Assembly (NCBI GenBank): GCA_963788195.1
Contig: CAWBGA010000004.1
Coordinates: 32,001 to 96,000 of the forward strand
Direction: 5' to 3'
Length of the DNA: 64,000 bases
Origin: Nitrospirota bacterium
GTDB taxonomy: Bacteria > Nitrospirota > Nitrospiria > Nitrospirales > NS-4
Every line of letters starts with the position of its first letter. Position 1 is the first letter of the stretch. Made by a program: the position numbers and the translations under genes. Shown piece after piece: positions 38,310 through 48,829 of this stretch. A model generated the notes under the pieces. That model was not told where the DNA came from and did no database searches. It worked only from the letters and a program-made list of their open reading frames with translations.

Positions 38310-40463
38310 GTGGATGAGGAGAAAAAGCATCCAGTGAAGGTACTGATGATCACCGTGTTTCCGCCGATGAAGGCTCCGGAGGCGGATCACGCGCTACATC
38401 TCTGTGAACACTTAGCTGATTATGGGGTGGAGATGCATGTGATTGCGCAGAAGGGGTGTGTCATCCCGTCGCATCCTCGCATCACCGTCTATCCCATCAT
38501 GCGGAAATGGTCGTGGTCAGAGTTGCCCAATTTGGTTTGGTTCACCAAGCGCTGTGCTCCTGATGCGGTCATTCTTATCTACATCGGTTGGATTTACCTT
38601 GAGCACCCAATGCTCACCTTCGCGCCGACCATTTTGAAGACCTTTCAACGTGGTGTGCCCTTCGTTACATTATTTGAGGATGCATACGGCTCTTGTGCGG
38701 CAAGGACTTCTCTCCTCTCACGGGCGATTCGGAAGGCGATGGCGCGCTGGTTTGGCCCACGCGACGTGGATTATGAGTTCGGCACCTTGTTGCGAGACAG
38801 CAACCGGCTCATCGTGGTCAGCGATCGTACCCGGACTGCACTGGCGGAACATTTCTACGAAGTAAACAGTAAAAGTATAACGATTCCCTGTCCGCCAATT
38901 ATACGTATCATCTCGGGGGATGATGGAAAAGCTCGACGACTGAAGCGGGCTGCTCTGGGTCTGAAGGACGACGAGTTTTGCATTGCTTATTTTGGTCATA
39001 TTTATGGAGGAAAGGGTGTGGAGACGCTGTTAAAGGCGTTTCAACTGTTGAATGCTCAACGAAGGCCGGTGAGGCTGATTTTGATCGGTGGGCATCTCGG
39101 TCGTCCCCTCTATTTTCAACAGATCCAGGCCATGAGCAAAAAACTCTGTATTGAAGACAAGGTGATGTGGACTGGAGAGTTTGACTGGGATACTGAAGAA
39201 GCGTCGCGGTGTCTTCGTGCCGCTGATATTGCCGTTCTGCCGTTTGATAACGGCGTATGTATTCACAACAGTTCCTTTGCAGTTGCTGCGGCGCATGACC
39301 TGCCGATTATCACCACGCAGGGACCTGGTCTAGAACCTATGTTTGTGCATATGTCAAATGTCTTCCTGTGCTCACCTAAAGACCCTGAGGCCTTGGCCCA
39401 AGCGGTGGAAACCTTAATAGCGAGGCCAGAGTTGCGCGCGCGGCTAAGCGTAGGAGCCCGTGAGTTCACCCGAAACTGGTATTCATGGGACAATGCCATC
39501 GAACGCACAGTTGAAGTGCTGAAAGGTGACCCGCAACCCTCACTAGTCTCGGTCGTGATTCCCTGCTACAACTATGCTCAGTTTTTGCGGGACGCAGTCG
39601 AAAGTGTATTAGTGCAGACCTGGCCGCGTTTTGAAGTTATTGTGGTGGATGACGGCTCCACCGACAATACGGCATCAGTGGCTTCGCAATATCCGTCCGT
39701 TCGATACATACGCCAATCGAACCAGGGGCTGTCCGCGGCCCGCAATACCGGTCTCCGCCATAGCACAGGCGAGTTCGTGGTGTTTCTTGATGCAGATGAT
39801 CGTCTCCGACCCACTGCCTTGGAAGTAGGCTTACGATTTATGAAGATGCATCCGGAATGCGCGTTCGTCGCGGGGCGATGTCAGCATATAACAGCCGACG
39901 GATCACGATCTGACTCCTTTAGTCCAGTATTTAGCGGTTTAAAAGACTACTATCCTGCGTTACTGCGAACGAACTTCATTTTGAATCCAGCTTCCGTTCT
40001 GTATAGACGTACAGTGTTTGAGTCGTTGGGCCCTTTCGAGTCATCTGTGAATGCTGCGGCAGATTATGATCTCTATCTTCGCATTGCGCGGCAACATCGC
40101 ATTTTTTGCCATGAAGAAGTGATTGTGGAGTACCGCCGGCACTCTACGAACATGTCGTCCGACGTCGCCCTAATGTTTAAAACGCTTCTTACCGTGCTTT
40201 ATTCTCAGCGATGCTATGCCATGGAAAACCCCGAATATTACGAGGTTTATAGGGATAGAATTCAAAGCTTTCGAAGTGAGGTCGGTGGCTTATTAACCGA
40301 GCAGGTACTGAACGACATTAAGAGAGGAAGGCTCTCGAGACGCCTTTTGTACGAGCTGCTGGTCCTCTTGCGATGGTATCCGGCAGGGTTCGCCATAGGT
40401 GGAATTCGGATTTTCCGGAAAATCCGGAAAGAGATATACAAAAAGGTTCCGACGAATCGCTAA
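38310..40463 (+). CDS. GT4-GT2 fusion glycosyltransferase
   Basis: N-terminal GT4 (YFGHI..GKGVE.LL.A, ADIAVLPF, PIITT); C-terminal GT2 (VSVVIPCYN, DDGSTD, FLDADD, DYDLYLR). Confidence 0.9.
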   Translation: MDEEKKHPVKVLMITVFPPMKAPEADHALHLCEHLADYGVEMHVIAQKGCVIPSHPRITVYPIMRKWSWSELPNLVWFTKRCAPDAVILIYIGWIYLEHPMLTFAPTILKTFQRGVPFVTLFEDAYGSCAARTSLLSRAIRKAMARWFGPRDVDYEFGTLLRDSNRLIVVSDRTRTALAEHFYEVNSKSITIPCPPIIRIISGDDGKARRLKRAALGLKDDEFCIAYFGHIYGGKGVETLLKAFQLLNAQRRPVRLILIGGHLGRPLYFQQIQAMSKKLCIEDKVMWTGEFDWDTEEASRCLRAADIAVLPFDNGVCIHNSSFAVAAAHDLPIITTQGPGLEPMFVHMSNVFLCSPKDPEALAQAVETLIARPELRARLSVGAREFTRNWYSWDNAIERTVEVLKGDPQPSLVSVVIPCYNYAQFLRDAVESVLVQTWPRFEVIVVDDGSTDNTASVASQYPSVRYIRQSNQGLSAARNTGLRHSTGEFVVFLDADDRLRPTALEVGLRFMKMHPECAFVAGRCQHITADGSRSDSFSPVFSGLKDYYPALLRTNFILNPASVLYRRTVFESLGPFESSVNAAADYDLYLRIARQHRIFCHEEVIVEYRRHSTNMSSDVALMFKTLLTVLYSQRCYAMENPEYYEVYRDRIQSFRSEVGGLLTEQVLNDIKRGRLSRRLLYELLVLLRWYPAGFAIGGIRIFRKIRKEIYKKVPTNR

Positions 40464-41377
40464 CGTGGGTTGCCGGTTTTGTTAGACACAGCAGGTTTCT
40501 GGGCGAGCTCGTAAATCCCACGTCGAAACATCTTCGCGAGCAGATCCGAGCCTCGTAACATACGAAATACGATACCTGAGGGCAGCAGTGAGACGAGCGC
40601 CGAAAGAACCTTCCGTTGCCATTTGCTCTTCAGCTTCTCCGGGCAGGCAGTCAGCTCCAGCAGGTGCCGGTCGCGAGCGGAGACGAACCCAGCTTCCCTT
40701 AGTTGGCGGCGCACAGATGGCAGAGTCGTGTAGACGATTGATGTGAGCAGGAAGTCAGGAGACCGTCCCCGCAATCTCAAATAAAGGGCACCAAGTGTTT
40801 TGGGTAATAGGGGGAGCCAGACTACATCATAATGGGGCTCCCAAAACGCCAAATAGTTCTCACAACTGAGATAAAAGTACCCGCGGGGGCGCAGCACCCG
40901 GAACACCTCCCGAATCACCTGAGCGGGGTGCTGAACGTGCTCGAGGACCTGCAGGCTCACGACGAGATCTATAGAATTGTTTGCGAACGGTAAAAATTCT
41001 CCGACTCCCGATACGGTTGCGCCTCCGCCTACGCTTGCAAGCCGCTCAGCGACTATCGCACGCCAACTGCGGCCAGGTTCCAACGCCACTACTTGCGCGC
41101 CGTGCAATGCCAGTTCACTCGACACCGCGCCCAAGCCTGCTCCTAGATCGAGGACGCGGCGGCCTTTAATAGAAATTTTTGTCTCAGCGAGATAGTTGAC
41201 CATGCTGCGACCGATTCCGCGATTCAGTTCGAGTTCGGTAAGCTGTTGGACAGCCGTTGGTGTACGGCCAAGAACCTCCCGAAGATAGTACCCCATGAAC
41301 ACAGCGATGCGTTCATCTAAGGCCTGACCTTCAGCGACTTGAGGCTGGCTGTCGTAGGCGTGCTGGTTTCGTCTCAT
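40460..41377 (-). CDS. Class I SAM-dependent methyltransferase, antisense to the locus
   Basis: RVLDLGAGLG, GEFLPFANNSIDLV.S.QVLEHV, RVLRP.G, WEPHY...WLP; AGAGGA RBS. Confidence 0.88.
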   Translation of the reverse strand: MRRNQHAYDSQPQVAEGQALDERIAVFMGYYLREVLGRTPTAVQQLTELELNRGIGRSMVNYLAETKISIKGRRVLDLGAGLGAVSSELALHGAQVVALEPGRSWRAIVAERLASVGGGATVSGVGEFLPFANNSIDLVVSLQVLEHVQHPAQVIREVFRVLRPRGYFYLSCENYLAFWEPHYDVVWLPLLPKTLGALYLRLRGRSPDFLLTSIVYTTLPSVRRQLREAGFVSARDRHLLELTACPEKLKSKWQRKVLSALVSLLPSGIVFRMLRGSDLLAKMFRRGIYELAQKPAVSNKTGNPR

Positions 41378-41459
41378 AGCATCCTCTGGCGCAAGTAATG
41401 CCTTGGCGCTCTTAATTGGGTTTTAGTTTTCAAAATTGGCGGGAGCTGGTGCAGGCTCT

Positions 41460-41488
41460 TGATTAGTCCAAGAATGCTGTTTTGTCAA
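41460..41488 (-). promoter_or_regulatory. Possible sigma70 promoter for the antisense methyltransferase
   Basis: Minus strand TTGACA, 17-bp spacer, TAATCA. Confidence 0.3.
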
Positions 41489-41590
41489 GCCACGCTTATA
41501 TACAACACGGGCAAGACGCCAATGTCCCGACACCCTGGACACCTCGTTGATCGTAGAAGTCATACACCTTTGTCTGTTCATAAATAAGCC

Positions 41591-42943
41591 ATGAAAATTT
41601 TGATCGTAAGTAATATGTATCCGCCGCATTATCACAGCGGGAATGTCGTGCGGTGCGCTCAAGTGACCGAGGCATTACATCGCTCCGGTCATGACGTGCG
41701 TGTGCTCACAAGTACGTACGGATTGCCGTTGGACACATTCGGATGCCAGCAAGGTTACAGCGAAGTCAGGAATGGCGTTCCAGTCCTTCGCTTGCTCAAT
41801 CAATACGCATGGCAACCACAACCCGGTTACCGTCCATGGAATCTGTTTCAAGCCAGACGGGAACTTTCGGATGCCCGGCAGTTTCTTAAAATCGTGGCAA
41901 GGTTTCAGCCGGATATTGTTAATTGGTGGGGATTACTAGGGCTTAGCATGGCGCTTCTTCCACTGCCTCATATGGTCGGTATTCCCGACGCCCTCTGGAT
42001 TGAACATCCGTGGTTGATTGACCTCTGCGGTCCGACGGGAGAAAAGGCTTCGGCGTTCTGGGCAACTTTTTGGGATGGAAATTGGGGTCCGCAACCCTTG
42101 CGTCCGTTGTTTCGATGGGCGGGCCGAAAATGGGAGCGCCGTATTAACTGTGAAGGGATTCCCACTCGCACGATTTCCTATCGGACTCGTCATATATGTT
42201 TTGTCAGTAAGTATCTGCAGCAACTGCATCATGATGCCGGGTTTAAGTTCGAGTCAGAGGAGGTCATTTATGGTGGTGTTCCGGTGGATGACTTCTATGC
42301 GCCGCTGCGGCCCGCAGGCAATCATTCGCTCCCGCTAAGAATTCTGTGGGGAGGACAGGTGACCGAAGATCGAGGATTGCATACGGTCATCGAAGCAATA
42401 GGCCACATCTCGGCCGATATTAGGCCTCGTCTTACACTCACCGTCGCGGGCGATGGCGACCGGAATTACCTTTCCCGGGTGAACACCCGCGTCGCAGAGT
42501 TAGGACTCACAGAACAAGTATCCTTTCTCGGCTTGGTTCGGCACGAGGACATGCCTTCCGTGTATAAAGCGCACGATGTCTTGGTATTTGCGAGCACACG
42601 GCCCGAGGGATTGCCGCTGACGATGGTTGAGGCAATGCTTGCGGGATGTGCGGTTTTGACGACGGGCAGCGGCGGCGCAACGGAGGTCGCTGCTTTAGCA
42701 GATCTGCCGCTGTTTCCCGGAGAGGATTCGTGGACATTAAGCCATCTCCTCCGCGAACTGACAACGAACCGAGCTCTCGTGCGTCAAATTGCGTGCAAGG
42801 GGCAGGAAGCGGCCATAAGGGAATTTAGTTTTGCAGGCATGATGGAGCAGTTTGATCAGACTCTGCAGAGAATTGTGTCAGCGGATAAGCAAATGTTGAA
42901 GACAATCTTCTCAAGCGGCGGCAAAGAAGGTTGTCTTCGGTAG
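41591..42943 (+). CDS. GT4 glycosyltransferase
   Basis: MKILIVSNMYPP, GHDVRVLTS, DVLVFAS..PEGLPL..VEAMLAG. Confidence 0.9.
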   Translation: MKILIVSNMYPPHYHSGNVVRCAQVTEALHRSGHDVRVLTSTYGLPLDTFGCQQGYSEVRNGVPVLRLLNQYAWQPQPGYRPWNLFQARRELSDARQFLKIVARFQPDIVNWWGLLGLSMALLPLPHMVGIPDALWIEHPWLIDLCGPTGEKASAFWATFWDGNWGPQPLRPLFRWAGRKWERRINCEGIPTRTISYRTRHICFVSKYLQQLHHDAGFKFESEEVIYGGVPVDDFYAPLRPAGNHSLPLRILWGGQVTEDRGLHTVIEAIGHISADIRPRLTLTVAGDGDRNYLSRVNTRVAELGLTEQVSFLGLVRHEDMPSVYKAHDVLVFASTRPEGLPLTMVEAMLAGCAVLTTGSGGATEVAALADLPLFPGEDSWTLSHLLRELTTNRALVRQIACKGQEAAIREFSFAGMMEQFDQTLQRIVSADKQMLKTIFSSGGKEGCLR

Positions 42944-43029
42944 GATTGACTCGAATAGCCTGTTCTGATTTTTAGGTGGCGAAACGCGGTGCTAAATTGG
43001 CGCTTAGGAAGCAATCCTCCCGGATTGGC

Positions 43030-44172
43030 ATGAATGTTTTAATTGTTGTTCCATGGGACCAGGAATTCGGCGGAGTTGCTTCTGTCGTAGGTAACCTTGC
43101 GGTGCTGCTGGAGAAACAGGGACACCGCATTTACTTTCTTAATCCTGCCATAGAGGACGGGCTGCGAAGGAAAATCACCAAATGGAGGTTTCCAGGATAC
43201 GAGCTGAATCTGAGATTACCCTTCGATGGATGTAAGCCCGTCAAGTCAATCGCCGCCTTTGCATATTATTTTACTCAAACGCTTCGATCGCTCACCTTGT
43301 TGCTGAGAAGTAACAACATCGACCTTGTTAACATCCATTACCCCGGCGAGCATTATGTGTATTTTGCGCTGCTTCGAAGACTGCTACAGTTCAAGTTAGT
43401 GGTATCTGTTCATGGGGCTGATCTGTTGCCTGACGGTAAGCCGAAGAGGCGTTATTCATGGGCGATCCGGTTGTTGATGAATTCGGCAGATCTTTTGGTA
43501 GCCCCCTCCGCGAGTACCTTAGAAGGGGTCCTCTCAAAATTTCCTCGTCTCCGAGAGAAGGCTCTTTGCATCCATAACGGCGTCAATATGAGTGAATTTG
43601 AGTCGAGCGGCCAAGCAGAGAAACATGGCGACAACTATATTTTGTGTGTGGCTTCCCATCATTCATATAAGGCAATAGACGTGTTGATCAAGGCTTTCCA
43701 AAGTGTGAGGGCCAGAGGTATAAAGGTCGAGCTTCGCCTTGCAGGGGATGGGCCCCTTAGAGCGGAACTTGAAGAATTGGCGCGCCGGTTGGGTGTGAGC
43801 GCGCATATCAAATTTCTCGGTTGGCAAAATAGAGAACAGGTAACGCAACTACTTCAAGGATGCTCATTGTTCGTGCTGCCGTCACGGTCTGAGCCCTTTG
43901 GCATTGTCCTCCTAGAGGCATTGACATGCCGAAAGCCGATAGTTGCCACAGATGTTGACGGCATTCCTGAAGTCATCCAGAATGGCGTGACAGGAAGGTT
44001 AGTGGAATCAGAGAATCCTGGCGCGTTGAGCGAGGCCATTTTGGAAATGCTCAACAATAGACCACTCGCAGAAAGAATGGCCAATGCCGGCTATGAATCG
44101 GTGAAGCAGCATTTTCAATGGGAAACAGCCGTTGAGAAGTATGAGACAGCGTTTTTGGGATTGCTCGCATAA
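43030..44172 (+). CDS. GT4 glycosyltransferase
   Basis: GGVASVV, HGAD, IHNGV, GDGPLR, FVLPSRSEPFGIVLLEA, PIVAT.V.GIPEVI. Confidence 0.93.
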   Translation: MNVLIVVPWDQEFGGVASVVGNLAVLLEKQGHRIYFLNPAIEDGLRRKITKWRFPGYELNLRLPFDGCKPVKSIAAFAYYFTQTLRSLTLLLRSNNIDLVNIHYPGEHYVYFALLRRLLQFKLVVSVHGADLLPDGKPKRRYSWAIRLLMNSADLLVAPSASTLEGVLSKFPRLREKALCIHNGVNMSEFESSGQAEKHGDNYILCVASHHSYKAIDVLIKAFQSVRARGIKVELRLAGDGPLRAELEELARRLGVSAHIKFLGWQNREQVTQLLQGCSLFVLPSRSEPFGIVLLEALTCRKPIVATDVDGIPEVIQNGVTGRLVESENPGALSEAILEMLNNRPLAERMANAGYESVKQHFQWETAVEKYETAFLGLLA

Positions 44173-45405
44173 TGTCGCTTCAGGAAACAGAACCGCTCAT
44201 GCGTGAACTGCAGAGAAAGGACGTGCATGAGGAGTTGCCGGTGAAGATCATGTGCGTAGTAGGGGCGCGTCCGAATTTCATCAAGGCGGCCCCTGTTGTC
44301 GAGGCGCTGCGTAAGTGGCCGGGCCTTCAAGTGATACTGATTCATACCGGCCAGCACCACGATCAGGAGATGTCCAGAGTCTTCTTTGAAGAACTCGGAC
44401 TTCCAAAGCCTGATGTAGATCTTCAGGTCGGATCGGGTTCTCACGGGGAGCAGACGGGCTTGATAATGATTCGGTTCGAGGCTGTGCTACTGCAGGAGCG
44501 TCCGAACCTGGTGATTGTATTCGGTGATGTAAACTCAACGGTCGCAGCATCGCTCTGTGCCGCCAAATTAGGAATCAAAGTGGCGCACGTTGAGGCAGGG
44601 CTCCGAAGCTTTGACCGCTCAATGCCGGAGGAGTTAAACAGAATTGTGACCGATCATTTATCTGATTACCTGTTTGTGACGGAGAGCAGCGGACGACGAG
44701 AATCTTATGCGTGAGGGGCTTTCCGAGGACAAAATTTTCTTTGTCGGCAATGTCATGGTGGATACCCTTCTGAAGCACCGGGAGCGCGCGCGGGGATGCG
44801 GGATCCGAGAAAAGCTGGGGCTGGCGATCAAGTCCTATAGTATTCTCACGCTCCATCGGCCATCAAATGTGGACGATCCCAAAACCCTTGCAGGGATTCT
44901 CGAGACGCTGCATGAAGTCGCTAAAGAATTACCTGTAGTATTCCCGTGTCATCCGCGCACACGTCAACAACTTGATAAGTCGAGATACAAGCGGATGCAG
45001 GGAATGACGCAAAAGGCCCACGGCCTTATGATTATCGAACCTCTCGGATATATGGAATTTCTCTCGCTGATGAGCGAAGCGCGGCTGGTCTTGACCGACT
45101 CAGGAGGCATTCAGGAAGAAACGACGGTCTTGGGAGTCCCTTGCCTGACGCTTAGAGACAATACGGAGCGACCGGTGACGATCGACCAAGGCACGAATGT
45201 TCTGGTCGGCACTAGCGCCCATCGAATTCTGACTGCGGTCTCCAAGGTTCTAAGCGGCGCCTTCCCAAAGGGGCAGATCCCTGAACTCTGGGACGGAAAG
45301 GCGGCCCAGCGGATTGCGGAGATTCTGAAAACCAAGATGGCAAGTCCCACACAGTACGAGCAGTCTTTAGGATCACAATCTTCTTTGATGGCAAAAAACC
45401 GCTAG
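44172..45405 (+). CDS. wecB: UDP-N-acetylglucosamine 2-epimerase, non-hydrolysing (+1 frameshift near 44697)
   Basis: VVGARPNFIK, HTGQHHD, GDVNST, HVEAGLRSFD..MPEE.NR; VGNVMVD, TLHRPSNVD, TDSGGIQEETT, RDNTERP, WDGKAA.RI. Confidence 0.93.
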
Positions 45406-45471
45406 AGTCAATCGACCCTGGATCTCTCCTTCCCCTGACATAACGATCCCATCCGGGACAACGGGTACCTT

Positions 45472-47391
45472 ATGTGTGGAATTGCTGGAATCTTTTACTA
45501 CGATCACGACCAGACAGCCGATAAGGCCGTGCTTGCGGCTATGGCCCGAGCTATGACGCATCGAGGCCCGGACGATGAAGGCCTGTACATCGATGGCCAC
45601 GTCGGTTTGGCCCACCGTAGGTTGAGTATTATTGATCTGGCGGCAGGTCACCAGCCGATGTCGAATGAGGACGGGACTGTATGGATCGTCTTCAATGGCG
45701 AGATCTATAACTACAGAGAACTCAGAGAGGAACTTATTGCTAAAGGGCGCACGTTTAGGACGAACAGCGACACCGAAGTCATCATTCGCATGTACGAGGA
45801 CGCAGACGAGCAGTCTATTCAGAGGCTGTCAGGTATGTTCGCGTTTGCGATATGGGATAAACGCAAACAGACGCTCCTCCTTGCACGCGACCGCTTGGGC
45901 ATAAAGCCTCTCTACTTTGTGAATGGTCATGGCTTCCTGGCCTTCAGCTCGGAAATTCGCGCCCTCCTCGAAATTAAAAGCATCGAACCCCGGTTAAATC
46001 TGGAAGCGCTGCATAATTATCTGACCTTTCGATACAACATCGCTCCGGAGACCATGTTCCAAGACATTGAGAAGCTCTCGCCGGCCCACATCCTGGTAGC
46101 GCGAGCCGGTCGCGTGCAGCGCCGTCAGTATTGGGACATCGATTACTCCAAGAAACTCGTGGGATCAGAGGAGGAGATCGTTGATGAATTTCGCCAACGG
46201 CTTACCGCCAGCACGAAGAGCCATCTGATGAGCGAAGTTCCTCTGGGGATTCTGTTGAGCGGCGGGCTCGATTCAACGGCTATTACAGGACTTGTTTCGG
46301 GGCTGACCGGTGCACGGGTAAAGACCTTCTCGATCGGATTTGAGGGAAACGGGCAGGATGATTATGACGAACGTTCCTATGCGCGTCTGGCCGCCCAATA
46401 TTTTGATACCGATCATTACGAGGTTGGTATTACGCAAAGGGGGTTTGTGGACGGGCTCGGCGAATACGTCTGGCATATGGAAGAGCCCATGGCCGATCCT
46501 GCCTCAATCCCGCTCTATTACGTCTCAAAGCTGGCGAAAGAGCATGTCACGGTGATCTTGTCTGGCGAAGGCGGCGATGAGTTACTCGCAGGATATACTT
46601 TTTGGTTACCCTTCAAGGGTTACGACCGAGCGCAACGGATAAGGAAAATTCCGCAAGTGCTGCGCCGATATGTGCTGGAATCCTTGAACCAGCTGATTTT
46701 CAGATCTATCCGAGCAAAGAGATATTTGGACCTGGCGGAGCTGCCGTCGAGCCATTATCCGTTCTTCTTTCCGGTCTATATGGGCAACGTGTTTTCCGAG
46801 GAAGCAAAGCGTGAACTGTACAGCCAACAGCTGAGATCGGCACAGCAATTTACAGCTTCTGTAGAAAAGGTGATCGAGAGCTATAAGAAGACCACATCCT
46901 TTGAGTTCCTGGACCAGATGCTCTACGTCTATACCAAACAGTGGCTGCCGGATGACTTACTCCTCAAGGCAGACAAGATGACGATGGCCCATTCGCTTGA
47001 GTTGCGAGTTCCTTTTTTAGATCATTCACTAGTCGAGTTTGTCGCGTCAGCTCCGGTGAGTATGAAGATGAGAAACATCGGCGGGCAGTTTATTACCAAG
47101 TATATGTTCAGGAAGGCATTTGAAGGCAGGGTTCCTAACGAGATCTTGAATCGGAAAAAGGTAGGATTTCCGGTCCCGCTCAATGCCTTATTCAAAGGTG
47201 AACTGCGCACTTTGGCAGAAGATGTGTTCACCTCCCAATCGTTTCGCGACACCGGATTATTCGATGTCCGCAAGATCATGGAGATGTTAAGGCAGCACGC
47301 TTCCGGGGTGGATATGAGTGCGAAATTATGGTCCTTGCTTGTGTTCGCCATGTGGCAGGAACGTTTCAAGGTCACCAGCGCTCAGGGGTGA
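45472..47391 (+). CDS. asnB: Asparagine synthase (glutamine-hydrolysing) type amidotransferase
   Basis: MCGIAG, HRGPD, HRRLSIIDL..GHQPM, FNGEIYNY, RDRLGIKPL, LSGGLDS, SGEGGDE, KADKMTMAHSLELRVPFLD. Confidence 0.95.
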   Translation: MCGIAGIFYYDHDQTADKAVLAAMARAMTHRGPDDEGLYIDGHVGLAHRRLSIIDLAAGHQPMSNEDGTVWIVFNGEIYNYRELREELIAKGRTFRTNSDTEVIIRMYEDADEQSIQRLSGMFAFAIWDKRKQTLLLARDRLGIKPLYFVNGHGFLAFSSEIRALLEIKSIEPRLNLEALHNYLTFRYNIAPETMFQDIEKLSPAHILVARAGRVQRRQYWDIDYSKKLVGSEEEIVDEFRQRLTASTKSHLMSEVPLGILLSGGLDSTAITGLVSGLTGARVKTFSIGFEGNGQDDYDERSYARLAAQYFDTDHYEVGITQRGFVDGLGEYVWHMEEPMADPASIPLYYVSKLAKEHVTVILSGEGGDELLAGYTFWLPFKGYDRAQRIRKIPQVLRRYVLESLNQLIFRSIRAKRYLDLAELPSSHYPFFFPVYMGNVFSEEAKRELYSQQLRSAQQFTASVEKVIESYKKTTSFEFLDQMLYVYTKQWLPDDLLLKADKMTMAHSLELRVPFLDHSLVEFVASAPVSMKMRNIGGQFITKYMFRKAFEGRVPNEILNRKKVGFPVPLNALFKGELRTLAEDVFTSQSFRDTGLFDVRKIMEMLRQHASGVDMSAKLWSLLVFAMWQERFKVTSAQG

Positions 47392-47410
47392 TGGACACGC
47401 GCGTCTCCCC

Positions 47411-48748
47411 ATGAAGAATATACTCGTTGTTTCCTATCACTTCGCCCCTAGCCCGGCAGCCGGTGGGATACGCCCATCGAAACTTGTCCGCTATTTTCCG
47501 GAATTCGGGTGGAATCCCACGGTGCTCACTGTCGATACTAAAAATGCGCATGAGATGCCCGCAGTGGCATCTGAGATATATAAAGCCGTCGAATGGCCAC
47601 ATCCCCTGAAGGCATACGAGCAATTAAAGCTAAAACGGAGTGCGCGACGGAATGAGGCGGATGCCCTCATCCTCAAATGGACTGTTTCGTACGATGTAGC
47701 CAACCAATCACCGGGCGCCAGGGGACTGGGTGGGTTGAAACGGTGGCTCATGTCTTTTTTATGGTTTCCCGATCGAGAAATAGGATGGCTCATTCCTGCA
47801 ATGATTCGCGGGCTTCATCTAATCAGAAAGAAAAGAATCGACTACATACTGACGACGGGTCCGCCGTTCACGTGCCATCTCATTGGGCTTGTATTGAAGC
47901 GCCTCACAGGCGTGCGATGGGTGGCCGATTTTCGGGATCCGTGGTCGCTCACGCAGAGAGGGGCCATCGTTCGAAATAACATAACGGACTTGGTGGAATC
48001 TCGCATGATCCGATCGGTTATGAAACACGCTGACCACGTGGTGTCGGTTACGATGCCCATGACGGAACTTGCGCTAAAAGAACACCGCGATTTGGCTGCA
48101 GACAAGTTTCTGACCTTGTCGAACGGATTTGATGCGCTGGATTTTTCACGCACCGGCGGTGCCCGTTCGACCGCGGGTCCCATTGTGTTTGCCTATTTCG
48201 GTACCTTCTATCATGGGAGAACGCCCAAGCCCTTTCTTTGCGCTCTACGCTCGCTTGTTGACGAGCGCGCGCTCAGGCCGGAAGACATTCAGGTGAAATT
48301 TGTCGGCCACGTCGCAATCGCCGAAGGCCAAGAGGTTCGCGAAATAATCAGGGGGCTTGGCTTGGAAAAGTTTGTGGAGGTGCTGCCGGCGGTCTCAAGA
48401 GCGGAAGCGTTGCGGCAATCGTTGGAGGCACACGTGTTGCTTGTCTTGGACGAACGGCACCCGCTTCAGATCCCGATAAAATTCTACGAGGCCATTGCGT
48501 CAGGCGCGGTCGTGTTCAATATCGGAAGCAAGGGCGCCGTAGCCGAAGTACTTGCCAAGACGGGGAGAGGTCTTGCCGTCGACTATAAAAACCCCGATGA
48601 AATCAAATCCGGAATCCTGGAGTGTCTCAGGCGCGAGCGATGGGGACAGATGTGGAGTAAGCCGGATCCGTGGAACGACGCAGCGATTCAGGACTGGAAT
48701 TTTCGGAACCTCACGGGTCGATTCGTGAGCTATCTCGAGCGGGTATAG
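47411..48748 (+). CDS. GT4-like glycosyltransferase
   Basis: LVVSYHFAP...GG.R..K...YF.EFGW...VLT; PDR..GW; TGPPF..H; WVADFRDPW; NGFD; P.K.YE. Confidence 0.85.
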   Translation: MKNILVVSYHFAPSPAAGGIRPSKLVRYFPEFGWNPTVLTVDTKNAHEMPAVASEIYKAVEWPHPLKAYEQLKLKRSARRNEADALILKWTVSYDVANQSPGARGLGGLKRWLMSFLWFPDREIGWLIPAMIRGLHLIRKKRIDYILTTGPPFTCHLIGLVLKRLTGVRWVADFRDPWSLTQRGAIVRNNITDLVESRMIRSVMKHADHVVSVTMPMTELALKEHRDLAADKFLTLSNGFDALDFSRTGGARSTAGPIVFAYFGTFYHGRTPKPFLCALRSLVDERALRPEDIQVKFVGHVAIAEGQEVREIIRGLGLEKFVEVLPAVSRAEALRQSLEAHVLLVLDERHPLQIPIKFYEAIASGAVVFNIGSKGAVAEVLAKTGRGLAVDYKNPDEIKSGILECLRRERWGQMWSKPDPWNDAAIQDWNFRNLTGRFVSYLERV

Positions 48749-48829
48749 CAGATTCCTTACCCGGTGTTTGAATTCTGACACCGCAATGAGCTGACGGTAA
48801 GACGACTGACCTTGGGAGAATCCATTTCG

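Noticed and set aside
41387..41401. TGGCGCAAGTAATGC as a sigma54 promoter for the downstream GT4 block
   Set aside because: Spacing is right, but the -12 box is ATGC, it overlaps the RBS region of the opposite gene, and no activator is in view
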